A DNA stretch of 61,749 bases, filler included, from Choristocarpus tenellus KU-1152 (GCA_964200185.2; 14 parts of 14 records of this genome joined end to end with filler, not necessarily neighbours in it), one strand, 5' to 3'; numbered from the whole stretch's first letter, positions 38,180 through 50,327 are shown. Program-made: numbers and translations. Notes: a model not told the origin generated them from the sequence alone.

Positions 38180-39304
38180 TAGATGAGGGTGAAGTAGAGA
38201 CTGACTCAAGCGTGGAACACCCCTGTTTGTGTTTCCGTTACATGGGCATGTTCTACTGTTCTAATGTTTTCTTTGAGTTGAATGATAGACAACACCCTCA
38301 CTCATGAACTCAAGGTGAAAGGCCATGCGAGGGATGCTCATGATTTAAAAAAAGGGATACATTCCAGAAATTTTGTTACGGCTATGTGCTCTCTCTTTAC
38401 ATTTCTCTCCTAAAAGATGTAAGTGTACTCCAGCACCGCAAACCTTTGTTGATGTTACCCTGTGGGGACCTCTCATTCCCCAGTCCAAGTTGATACCCAC
38501 ACTATAGTTTTGTCTGCTCTATGTATCAGTGTCATACAGAACATGGCGAGAAGATGATAATCAAAGCTGACAGTTCTTGTGATTCTAGCAGAAAGGGTCC
38601 TGGAGGCTTAGTCACTTTCTTACCCCCGAGGTCGTAACTACACCAAAATGTGTTGACTGTTTGTTAGAACAGCAGGAAGACAAGATCACTCTCTTCTGAG
38701 AAGAAAGAAGAGCCTTTTTATTTGCCAATCAATAATGATGAGATACACCTGTTTATCTGTTTATCCTACTTTAGAGCAGAGCAAGTCCAAACAGCCTGCA
38801 TGGTGTTACCTCTGGGTACGTCATGAGTTGTACTTTACCACCATGAAAATTTCTACTCCATATTTATTGGATCATAAGAACAAGCCATCATAGGTACCTC
38901 TATATGACACAATTAACTTCGCCAATATTGAACTTTGTTATGTGTATGAACCAGAAATACGACACCAAGTTTTTGCATCATACACCATATCCCAGCCAAA
39001 TCGAAGTGACATCATTTACATTTGTATCCCTTAGCTCAGCCAACAGATAAAATATACTCAAATACATTCTACATTAGGAACAACGGCAAATATGGGCATC
39101 TACTCCAAGTCATAGAATTCTAGGCACGTCAAACATTGACCTCAACAAGACTGGATCAGTTCGTCACCAGTCAGACGTTCAGTAGCCTCCTTGTATCACG
39201 GCTCTTTTTCCCAACTTACTTTGTGATATACAAATTCAAGTAGGTGTAACAACGTGGATCACTCCAGCATCCACTTCATGTAATCTATTTCAGTCTGTGG
39301 CAGA

Positions 39305-39484
39305 GATCGACACTTACTAGAACAGCAGTTCAAAGCGTTACAAGCTGCAGGTTTAACTTTGAAACCGCCAAAGATCTAGTTTGAACCCTAAGAAGTACGT
39401 TACCTGGGCCACATTTTATTGACTGAAGGGATTCGTATCGGTGAGGATCGTGTCCGTGCAATCACTGAATTACCCAAACCCACC
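39305..39484 (+). mobile_element. Gypsy RT C-terminal fragment
   Basis: LQAAGLTLKPPKI*FEPKEVRYLGHILLTEGIRIGEDRVRAITELPKP. Confidence 0.85.
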
Positions 39485-39882
39485 TACTACTGTTCAACGG
39501 ATCGTCAATCGCCTGGCGCTCCAAGCTTCAAGGCGCACTCACCCTCTCCAGCTCGGACGCAGAGTGGACAGCAAAGGCATATGGCATGCGCCATTTCATT
39601 TTCATTAGAGACTTTCTGGGGGAGATAGGCACACTACAGGACCAGATTCCCTGGTTCTGTGACAACCGTGGTGCTATTCAGGCGGGAAGCATCACAGGAT
39701 TCAATGGCAGGACCAAGCATGGAGACATGAAGTTGAAGTGTACAAGAGAGTATGTAGATCAAGGCATGTTTCACATTGAGTATATTCCAACACGCAAGCA
39801 ATTGGCAGACGTGTTAACCAAGTCTTCACGCAAGAGTTTTATTTCTGATTTTGTGCATTCCGTGCTTTCGTGTCGAGAGTGA
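39481..39882 (+). mobile_element. Copia RNase H fragment
   Basis: FNGSSIAWRSKLQGALTLSSSDAEW...FCDNRGAI...RTKHGDMK...YIPTRKQLADVLTK. Confidence 0.9.
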
Positions 39883-39920
39883 GCTTTAGTCAGCAACTTT
39901 GCTGCACGCTCATGGGGGAA

Positions 39921-40217
39921 TGTGCAGTATAGGCTAGGTAGTCTATCGGGTGTTACATGTCTAGTGATCAGTGATATATAACAGAAGTATTACCTGAACG
40001 AAGTAAGCGTCAATGACTTGTTTCTGTGTGCTTAGAGCAACAGGTTGGAGTCTCAACGTATTGATTTCTTATTTTTATTATATGTGGCTGATGTAGTGCG
40101 ACTGACACACACATTTTTGACGTGTCTGCTGACGTGCGCAATAGATACTAATATAAGGGAGAGCACCCCACCGCCGAGGACTGTGCTCACTCGGCTAATA
40201 AATACATCCATACAACA
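39921..40217 (+). mobile_element. Copia 3' LTR
   Basis: PPT ATGGGGGAA immediately before TG; AATAAA near 40197; ends CAACA. Confidence 0.65.
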
Positions 40218-40249
40218 TAAAGTAAAGACTCCATTGGAATAGCTCTCTT

Positions 40250-41175
40250 TTGCATATGATGCATCTATTTTGTAATAATAAAAAGGTCTAAGTTCCAATA
40301 TATATTGTTTCTACTGTGATGTACTTATTATCCTACCTTCAAAGATAGTCTACATCACGAGAGTAGCGTATTTGTGGCCTGGTGTACCTATTTTGATAAC
40401 GTCAAGGAAAAGCTGCAAATACAGGAGTTGTGCACTTTTAGTGCGATCTACATATTTTGTACCAGTCAAAGATAAGCTACACTGCGAGGGTTGTGCATAT
40501 CTCGTGTGATGTAGCTGATCGTAGCTGTGAACGAGGAGCTACGTTTTATTGTGTACAATTATCTCCTTTGATGCACCTATTGTGTATATATCAAAGTTAA
40601 TCGGCATTATTACCAGAGTTGCGCATTTCTGGTGGGATATACCTATTTTTTACCGTCAAGTAGGAGCTCCATCCATGAAAAAAATACAGCACACATTCTT
40701 CTACCGTGATGCACCTATTTTGTAACCTTCAAATTTAGGGAACAATTTGGGAGTCGCCTACTTCTTGTGTGATAATATATTTTTTACGACCGCCAAAGAT
40801 AGGTATACTACGAGTCTTTGGGATCTCTGTTGAGTGAAAGTATCTTAGAGGGTACGATTTTTCCCCTGTTTGTCCATTTGGGGCTTGGCTTCCCATGGTC
40901 CCTTTTTATAACATTTTCCTACGGTTCCCTCGATTTTGGACCCCAAATGGACGCGGCTCTATCTACCCTCTAAGATACTTTGACTCGTTGTGATATACTT
41001 ATTTTGTAACCGCCATGGAGGAGCAACAGTGCAAAATATTTCTCTCTACTATGGCATGTCTGTTGTCTAACCTATGAAGCTAGACTAATAATGAGAGTTT
41101 TTCGTTGTAGTGTGATGTACCTATTTTGTTACGGACAAAGAGAAGCTATATTGCGGGAGTGCAGTACACTCTGTT
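40250..41175. repeat. Diverged ~63-bp tandem array (about 12 units)
   Basis: GTGATGTACCTATTTTGTA..GTCAAAGA..GAGTTG.GCA recurs about every 63 bp; interrupted by an A copy. Confidence 0.75.
40832..40986 (-). mobile_element. MITE family A, internally deleted, GTT TSD
   Basis: GTT|GAGTGAAAG...TTTGACTC|GTT; removing it restores a satellite unit. Confidence 0.93.
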
Positions 41176-41854
41176 TCATTGCTTGATGTGCACAATAGTG
41201 TACGCAAAATTGACATTCCCTCTTTCCTCACACAAAGTGGCACTGCAATTCAGCAGAGGCTCTTTTTTTTATTGTACAATGATATATTTTTCTCTTCTGG
41301 GGATTCATTAAAATGCAAATCCAAGATTTAGAGGAGATAACTCTCTCATTTATTTGTGGATCCGACTGAATCATTTGTACTCATTCTTATGATTATGCCC
41401 TCTCTGACATTTTGCAGATGTGTCAGGGGGGAATACTCATACTCTAAGAGTGATGTGGGACAAATCTTCCAACATGATGAAATGTTGACAAATCAACACG
41501 ATGCGATTTGTACAATATGTGATCACAACAAGGACAATTGCTGTGGAGGAATCAAAATCAATGTATTTGTACCACGGAACAGTTTGTACATCTTTCGCAA
41601 ATAGGAGAGTTGTACCTACAAGTATTTGTACATGTTTCATAGACGACACAACTATTTGCACGCGTTTTCGTAGATCGGGGAGTGGTTCGATAAGTATCTG
41701 TACATGTCTCGCAAACGAGGGGCAATACGAACAAATATTTGTACCTACCCTAACTTGGTAGTGGTGGTACAGATACGCAAAATGGAAGTACTGGCCACCG
41801 ATATATGAAAGTATTACCTCAACACCTTCGTGGTTGGTAGTTTTGGGCACCTAG

Positions 41855-41976
41855 GTAAGCAAGCACAATGTGGTGGAGGTGACCCTTGAACGGAGCAGGA
41901 GGGTGGAGGTGTTCGTGTCCAACGCGGCGTCAAAGGACGAGGTGAAGGAGAGGATGGACACGTCCTTCGGCCAAGC
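41855..41976 (+). CDS. Possible exon fragment at contig end
   Basis: After TAG: VSKHNVVEVTLERSRRVEVFVSNAASKDEVKERMDTSFGQ, GC3-rich; product unknown. Confidence 0.35.
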
Positions 41977-42076
41977 NNNNNNNNNNNNNNNNNNNNNNNN
42001 NNNNNNNNNNNNNNNNNNNNTTAATTAATTAANNNNNNNNNNNNNNNNNNNNNNNNNNNNNNNNNNNNNNNNNNNN

Positions 42077-42232
42077 GGTGGCTGTCCATTTGGGGTCAAT
42101 TTTTTCATGTCGCAACTTTTGGGTGATTTGGTTGCATACGTCAGATGGATAGTGTAAATTTACTTTTCCTCATTTTGGTTCAAATGGACACCCTGCTGTA
42201 GACCCCCCACCCCACCCCAGACGCTTTGGGTC
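42077..42232 (-). mobile_element. MITE family B, cut by contig start
   Basis: B internal sequence and end AGACGCTTTGGGTC. Confidence 0.9.
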
Positions 42233-42610
42233 AAGATACAAATGATCAATACATTTTCCTTAATATCCTGTTTTGGTAGTAATGGGGGAGCATCTTCAGC
42301 ACAAGGGGAGAACCAGCACGCTTCAAGAATAAGAGGATCAGAGTATTGGGAATGGGTCTTGGGCGAGAACTTCTTGTGTTTAACTACAACAACGTGAACA
42401 ATGCTATTGCCTGAGACTGAATATCGTTGATTTGTCGCTACTGTGGTGCACTCTACAATCCTTTAGCAAACATATATCAAGGTAGTCCCATCTTTGTTTC
42501 ATGCCTACTATTCCTCATCCACTCTGTAATGGGTATTATAAACTTTTACCACCAATCCAAATACAAAGTGAACGAGAACACTAACTTCTACATTGCAATA
42601 CTGATCAACA

Positions 42611-42868
42611 GAGTGAAAGTATCTTAGAGGGTACGAGTTTTGCCCAGTTTGTCCATTTGGGGCTTGGCTTCCCATGGGTTATTTTATGACATCTTCCCAC
42701 TTCAAAAGTTTAGGAGTAGTTAAAATGTATACGTTATGAAACTTGAGTCCAGAGTAAGGATATTGACACTTCCTAACCAACACGATAGGCAAAATAACAT
42801 CAAAATAGTAACATTGGCTTTTGGCACCCCAAATGGACGCAGCTCTACCCTCTAAGATACTTTGGCTC
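42611..42868 (-). mobile_element. MITE family A with ACA TSD
   Basis: ACA|GAGTGAAAG...TTTGGCTC|ACA. Confidence 0.95.
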
Positions 42869-43298
42869 ACACCAAACTCACCTCTGGATGACCGCCCTCC
42901 TACTCAACCATCCTCGAACACAAGCCTACAGCATGGCAACTGCAGACCTCATATGATCAAGTAATCGCCAGGCTGCTCGCCGTCTCATGACCGCCTGGCC
43001 ATGGGTTAGGAGGTTGGAGGAGGACGGTCGGCTGGTTGTGAGGGCTTGGTTGAAGTTGAAAATCTAAGCAATCACATGAGAGAAGGACCCTGAACATGGT
43101 GAGAAATGCTGTAAAGAGTACTGCTGTTAGAGAAGCCAGATTCATTCCTTTTGGATCAACCTAACACTCCAGCAATCAACACCTTTGATGTTGTCAATTT
43201 ATACTATGTAACACACACTGCAATATTGAAAGGCGTCCACATCCCGACCAATTCACACTTCACATTGTGCTTGTGTAGTACACCCAACCCAGTGCAAT

Positions 43299-45621
43299 GA
43301 GTCGGAGCATTTAAGAGGGTAGGCCCATGTCCGTTTGGGGTTCAAAATCCCATGGTGCGATTTTGATGAATTTTGTCTATGGTGTTGGTTAGCAAGTGTT
43401 GATGTCCTTGCTCCGGGCACACCTTTCATAGTTATAAACATTTCTTCTACTCCGAACTGTTTCGAAAACCAAAAAAGGGCATGCAAAATGATTACAAGGT
43501 CTTGCTCAGGAATGAACCTACCATCTTCTAGATTTCTCTTATCACACACAGATAGTCACATCACTCTCTTCTCTATGAAGCATTCTCCCAGTACTCTGGA
43601 ATAAACCCTACTGGCAATTCATCTCGTTGCCCATCTTCTCATATCACTCTGCAATTCTGCATCTTCTCCCTCATTTGATAACCAGTCCCCCTTTCTCCTA
43701 CAAACCAACCCCCAAACACAGGACAACCACTTCCTGACCTTGCCACCTTCCACCCCCACAGTGTGTATGCCTGACCCAATTGCCACCAGCCACCCATACC
43801 TGGATAGTGGTAGCTGCGTCCTCTCTTTTTTGGGTGAGGTGTTCCTCATGCCTGCACAAGAGAAGATACAGTGGGATGTATGTTCATTATTGCCACTATA
43901 TGCTGGAGTACGTACTGGCACAACTCAGATAGAGTTGTGTTGTCAAGATACCTGACATTACTGACACTGCTGCTCCGTCATGAACTAGACAGGCAAATGT
44001 GTTGATGGAAAAAAAACATGGCAACGTCCCCAAATCAGGATTTGCTGCGCCACCACAGAGTAAGGCATATAGAACTTGTCTTTTCACCCAACCCTTGACC
44101 ACATACAATGCCTAAAATGCGCCATGAGCTGACAAGCATTGATAGAGCCCTAGCAAGAGCTCTGTCTATTATAGTAGCAGATTTCTTAAGTTGGCACATA
44201 GCTCGTAGCATGATCAGCACACATTTTCTTCCGCATATCAACGCACAGACCTACATCCGATAATAAGCACGAATTGGCAGGTACCAAGGGAATCGGACAT
44301 ATCTCTGCTCAAGAGCGAATACTAATCAATACATCCTCGTGGTGAATCTAAACCACCCTCTTTCAGAGCATAGTAGCAAATACTGAGTACTACCTAGTAT
44401 TTGATTATTTAAATTGTCTTTAGTCGCTGTAACACATACTGTTGGGCATGCAGTATGAACCTCACCAGAATTTTGGAACATGTTCAAAGCAGAGTCAAAC
44501 ATGATTTTCTAGTTGCTTGGTGCCTGATTCAAATGGGTGTGTAACATGAGATTTACGGGCACTTTTACTACACCTGGCCAAGCTGACACTCTGGGATAAC
44601 CACTCCGTCCCATATTTCCTTGCCCTTGACAAATGATCACGTCAAGGGGAGAGCAAGCGTCTCATTGACGTACAACTAGTATTTCCTAACATTGTGCTGG
44701 CCACACACATCCCCGTCGAGGATTGGAGGATGGTGACTCCCAAAAGCATGACAAGAATGCTGCAAATATGTAGTCGCTCTTCCTTGGGAGAATTGCTCAA
44801 AACACTCTGATGGTGGTGCCTGACTTCCATCCAGGTCAGCCGCACATCTCTGGGATGTTTCGAGCTATTCTCCCACAGAAGACCAACTGCATCTTTATGG
44901 CATTCTATTCCACCTGAATATGATGAAGACACTTATCTTTTCGTGTTCAATAGTATGCTGCCTAAACTGTGTTGTAGGGGGATACCAACCACTGGGGTAT
45001 GTATTGACATTAGAGTTATATTATTGTGTGTCTCTCAAATTCTACTCCATTGTTGGTCCTGGTTCTTAAACTAGAATTGAGACGGCGGTATATCATGTTC
45101 CTCCCAATGCTTCTGGTCTTGTAGGAAGAGTGTCCTCTTGTGCGCCAAAGGTTTGAGAGCTTCTGTCTTGATCTTGTATCTGCTAGCCTGGGCTGACAGG
45201 TTATGTCAGTGCATTATGGTAGATCAAGACAGGAACGCTCAGAGCTTAGGGGCACCAGAGAACACTCTTCCCACAACATCAGGATCATCGAGAGGTACAG
45301 AGAGATGGCATCAGGATCTGCTTTCTGTACATTGCAACACTTTTCAAAATGCCAAGGGGTGAATGCTTCGAGTTTAGACCATCACCCACATTTACTCCAT
45401 TAATTTATCACAAAAAACATTCGACACCATAATTTCTTCTACATTTCACCAACTCCGGAAGAGAGAAAACTGAAAATCGCGATAAAATCGAAATTCGCGT
45501 ACGCTTACCGACTTCGAAAAACGGAAAACCAAAAAAATTTCAACAAAAAATCGTGAGTTGCCAAAAGGCCTCCAAACGGACAAATAGGGAAACACCCGTA
45601 CCCTCTAAGATACTTTCACCC
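43299..45621. mobile_element. 2.3-kb element bounded by diverged family-A-type ends
   Basis: Left ~175 bp aligns to the A short-spacer end; right ~55 bp aligns to the A long-spacer end; correct inverted orientation. Confidence 0.6.
45095..45300. repeat. 80-bp imperfect inverted repeat with 46-nt loop
   Basis: 45095-45174 versus reverse complement of 45221-45300: 62/80 identical by hand count, no indels. Confidence 0.9.
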
Positions 45622-46480
45622 ATGTACCACTGATCAACCCCCCTTTCGAAATATTTCCTCAGATCCTGCTACATGCTGACCTAGTTCACTGGGGACCATA
45701 TCACTCATACTTGTAAAGAGCGAAGACCTTCACAAATATGCATCATGTTGGCACGTGCTTGATAGAAGATCCTCAGCAACCTCAATATCGAAGGGTTGTT
45801 GTGTATGTACCAGATACGATTTATTAAGGAGATATGAGGAATGACTGCCTCATTGAGAAGCATTATTGCCTGAGCTTTCACACAGCGGTTCCAACACCCT
45901 ACTACCATTCACCCATCCACATTCCCACGTGCAAGCTTACTAATTCTATATCCTGTATTGTTCAAATGTATCAGCAGCAGATTACAAGTAGTGGACTCAC
46001 CGTCTCGGGACCAGATTCTGCCTGACCCACACTTGCAGAAAAATGTTGCAGTCTTCGCAGCATGTAGATGTTGCCGTTGGGCTGCTAGTTCCCTCCTAGC
46101 TGCAGTCACTCTGATCGCCCTCTGGTTGAGATTGAAAATGATGTAGAGGAATGGGTAGAGGCAATGGGGCAGGATTGGGAGGTCTCCATGCAGTTTGGGG
46201 GCTAGTGTGATGACAGAGGTTGGATTTTGATCGTTATCAAAGCTGGGGTGTGGGGCTGAAGGTTGATGCTTGGGGTTTAGAGTAGTGTTGAGCGCTGGGA
46301 AGCAGTTTGTGTTGAGGAGTAACTTGAAAAGGAGAAGGGTTGTGTTTGGAACAGTTCCCTTTCTATCAGATTATTCCAAGCCTTCAACCCAGGCTACATA
46401 ATCAGTGCTCCCCAGTTCACCACCCTACTACGCCATGATACAATACCACCACCTGCTGTCAGTACACACCTTTGGGCACT
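45622..46480 (-). mobile_element. Decayed LINE (APE endonuclease start), apparently continuing at 42870-43298
   Basis: VVGCWNR resembles GxWNV; YGP lies before the insertion and IGRDVD (like GGDFN) after it. Confidence 0.4.
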
Positions 46481-47034
46481 GATGCTAGCCACAACGCCTC
46501 AATATATTCGTATACGTTTGAGCAACAAAACAAAAAATAGTGAAGAATTTATGTTGCTATCATGCTCCAAATCTCACCGTCCGTAACCTTCCTCTTCCGC
46601 TCTAATGCTCACCCCCCCCTTCATACACATACGAGACAATACGGTGTCAAAGACAGTTTTCTACATCTGCCCTTAACAATGTTTCTCGAGATATTTTTTT
46701 GCAAATCTCACTCATCACCAACTTCCATACCCACAGTGATTATCAACCAGCAGTGACATGCGCAGGGTTTCCTGTGCCCCATCCACCACCTCAACTATAT
46801 ATTTCTGTACCTGTTGTTAAAAAATAGGCTACTCATTTGTTTCTTGTTGATATGATACACATACTACCAGCTTGTACTGACTGTTGATTGGTGCACTGCA
46901 CTGATTGTTAGTGTTCATTTATTTATTGCGCATTNNNNNNNNNNNNNNNNNNNNNNNNNNNNNNNNNNNNNNNNNNNNTTAATTAATTAANNNNNNNNNN
47001 NNNNNNNNNNNNNNNNNNNNNNNNNNNNNNNNNN

Positions 47035-47076
47035 CCCTGGTGTAGACCTCCCCCCCCCCTCCAGATACTCTGGGCC
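47035..47076 (-). mobile_element. MITE family B, terminal fragment
   Basis: CCCTGGTGTAGA-C tract-AGATACTCTGGGCC. Confidence 0.85.
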
Positions 47077-47620
47077 ATCAATCTATTTACTATTTTACTA
47101 CCAGCTATGCTGTACCACTACCTTCCTGTGCCTCTAACCTAGCTTAGTCCTACACCCCAGGGTGAGGAGGTAAGGAAGCATCCCAAGAATCTAACAAGCC
47201 CCCTTGCCCATCTCTCTCCCTGATGTCTCCAGCTTAAAACGCGTAACACGTCTAGATAGGATTACTTGAGTTGTAACTCTGACTGTCTGGCGTAGACGGG
47301 ATTTGACCCCCCTTTTCTCCTGTAGACTCCTGTCCCTCTTCCCCCTTCGACTTACATACCTAGCTCATCCAGAAAACTTTCGGATTGCTTACCAAGGCGC
47401 CCAAAACTTTCCACCACAAACCTGTTTAGGTTATTGGTTATCGTATTGTTTTCTTTATGGTAACAAATTCCCACAAGGAACTAAAAAAAGTTATGGAGGA
47501 ATCTGTAATTTTCTGTTTTATTTTTATCAGTTTTAAGGTTCAAATATTAAGGTAACAAAAAGTCAACAAACAATACTTCTATGCACCATATACAAGACCA
47601 TCTTGACTTTGCCTTCAACA

Positions 47621-47736
47621 ATGCTGTGGGAAACTTGGGGTGGGGGAAATGGTGTGCCCTACTATCACAACAGAGAGACAGGAGAAACCACCTGGGTACG
47701 TCCTCAGGAAATTGATGAGTCTGCTGCATCGCACAG
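47621..47736 (+). CDS. WW-domain protein, exon with WW1
   Basis: WETWGGGNGVPYYHNRETGETTWVRP is a WW motif; putative AG|GCAAGT donor; 5' boundary uncertain. Confidence 0.65.
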
Positions 47737-48124
47737 GCAAGTCTTCCTTCAGTATCTGTTGATGGAAAGTACTGATCATTTTTGCGAAGGCGATCAACAA
47801 TACTGCGTTCTAAAAGGTCGCAGGCAGAACGGCATGTTTCCTTCACCCCAGCTATCATTATCTACCTTGGTGCGATATACGTTGACGCTTAACAGGAAAT
47901 GTTTTGAAGGGAACACTTCTTTTATGAACCCAATTTCTTAACGGACAAGAGGAAATTATACAGCTTTAGCCCCCAAGTCGCGGTACAATCTCACAGAGTG
48001 GACAAACTCCTCTTTGATGTTGCACTTTATTGCCACTCGAACCCCCCAGAAACTCTGACTATTGCTGCCTTACACACTTAATGGAAAAGTCATCATGCAG
48101 TTGTATACATTTTGACGTCTCCAG

Positions 48125-48254
48125 GCCTGGACCACTTGCACCCTCCTTCCACTGTAGTGACGAGACCGCACTGCCTAGAGGATGGGAGACGGTATGGGAC
48201 ACTGCACATGGGGCCAAGTACTACCACAACATGGAAACTGGTGCCACTCAATGG
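48125..48254 (+). CDS. WW-domain protein, exon with WW2
   Basis: LPRGWETVWDTAHGAKYYHNMETGATQW; CCAG acceptor, GTAACT donor. Confidence 0.8.
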
Positions 48255-48410
48255 GTAACTGCCAAAATTATCTTTCTGACCCACATGGTTACGTTGTATT
48301 TGGTGCCAATGTGTGATGCACCACATCCGACTCAATGGTCAATTCTGTCCTCTCCAACCTCCCGTATTTCCCATTGCATGATCTATCACCGACCATCCTG
48401 CTATGCCCAG

Positions 48411-49934
48411 GAACGCCCCCACACCAGCGACGCTTTGATGACGCCGGCAGTTCCCGCAGGGCAGTCTTCGCGGATGCTAGGGAGCACTCTGATGACGCAG
48501 TCGTCCCTGTTGCGAGGACAACGAGGACATGGCACGGACGGGCTTTCAGCTGCGCCGTCAGTTGGGTACAACAATTCCGCAAGGGTAAACTGTTGGTCAG
48601 GAACGGGGGCGGACTCTTCGGGTGGAGCCGCGCATTGGGCAGGTACAGTGTTGCCGAGAGGAGCACCTGTTGGCAAGCCTGTCCTAGTTGGGAACCCATA
48701 CCTTGTCATGTCTGGAGCAGTGGTAGATTGCACAGTTCAGCCTTCACAAGGGGCGAACTCTGTTGGCTCATCCAGCCTTGTCACCCAGACCAATCCTATG
48801 GCGATGGAAGAGCTAGGACAACATGCCGCAGTGAGAATGAGGATAAAGGAAGAGCAAGTATTAGTTGACAGGGTAGAGGGTACAAAGGTAGGGAATACAC
48901 GAGGAGGTAAAGCAAACATGGCACTCCAACAGGCACTTCGGCGCAAGGAGCAATCATTGCGACGGCTTGAGGCAGCAAGGGCGAAGGCACAGCTTAGTCG
49001 TGGAAGGGAGGGGGCGGAGAAGACAAAATATTCTGCGCTTAAGAAACAGAACAAAGGAATGCCGAATGTGAATCCATTCACTGAGAAGGTGGAGATAGAG
49101 GCAGGGGTAGTAGCGGAGAGAAAGGGGGATGGTGAATTGTTGATTGAGGATGTACTGACTGTGGTTCAGGAAGAGGAGAATGGAGGGGCCATGAAAAGGG
49201 GAGGAATGCTTGAGTGTTGTTTGACGGAGACTGAGCCTTCACCACAGTGCTCTATTCCTTCGCTACAGAGCCCCACTCAAGGTGGATGCCCTGTTTTGAG
49301 AGATTCGGGAGTTCTTGTAGGGGTGGAAGATGAGGACACAGAGGCTAAGGTGGAGGGTGACATTGCAGGCAATGAACTGTTGGTGATGGCGAATGGAGTA
49401 GAGGGTGGAGGGGCACTGTCAAGAGGACAAGTGGCCAATGCTGTTGTTTCCATGACAGAAGAAACACGAAACTCAGCTGCAAAAGGGGAAGGAGTGACAC
49501 AGCTGATTTTTGGGCGAGGTGCAGCTAATGGGGCAGAGACTGTGGTGTCTGGGGCTTGCGAGGCAGAAGGAGGGCCAGTGCAAAGGCAAGGGGGCCTGCT
49601 GGTACAAGTGGGGCCTAGTGATGGGTTAGATCTGAAGCGATGGTGTATACCTTCATTGGATTTTGAGGGAGGAGAAAGAGAGGGAAGAACTGAAGGTGAT
49701 GACGGGGTGATGGAGGGATCCCCCTTAGAATCCTCGGGTTTTTTGGTTGAAGGGTGTAGTAGCAAGGAGAGCGATGACTGGGTGGGGTTGGATGCGGAGG
49801 AGGAGGGTGGTGGCAGTAGTAGTCATGTGGCTGGTTCAGGTAGCTACAGAGCTGTTGTGGATGATGATTATGATGTGAATGTTCGGGTGGCGTGGGAGGA
49901 GGTGGATTTGATGGGACCAGAAGCCGATGAAGAG
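48411..49934 (+). CDS. WW-domain protein, large low-complexity exon
   Basis: CCCAG|GAACGCCCC completes W-ERP; open to GAG|GTGAGA. Confidence 0.78.
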
Positions 49935-50327
49935 GTGAGAGTTTTTTTTTTTTTTTTTCTTTTATTTTGTGGCCAGGTTATAGGGAGGGTTAGGGTTATA
50001 CACACAGTTTTTTATTTTTATTTTGAACGATACGAGTGAAGGGGCGGGGGAGAAAAAAGAGTTCTTATTTTTCTTGTCCGGCTGGCATGGTTCCTTTGTG
50101 CTTATGCTGAGCAAAGCAGTTTGGAATATATATATATATATATATGTATNNNNNNNNNNNNNNNNNNNNNNNNNNNNNNNNNNNNNNNNNNNNTTAATTA
50201 ATTAANNNNNNNNNNNNNNNNNNNNNNNNNNNNNNNNNNNNNNNNNNNNACAAAAAAAAACAAAAAAAAAAAAAAAAAAAAAAACACCCCCCCCCCCCCC
50301 CCCCCCCAACTCCATTATTGGACTCAC

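Noticed and set aside
40250-41175. CRISPR-like repeat-spacer array
   Set aside because: Units are similar along their whole length with no identical repeats or unique spacers; eukaryotic context; no cas genes.
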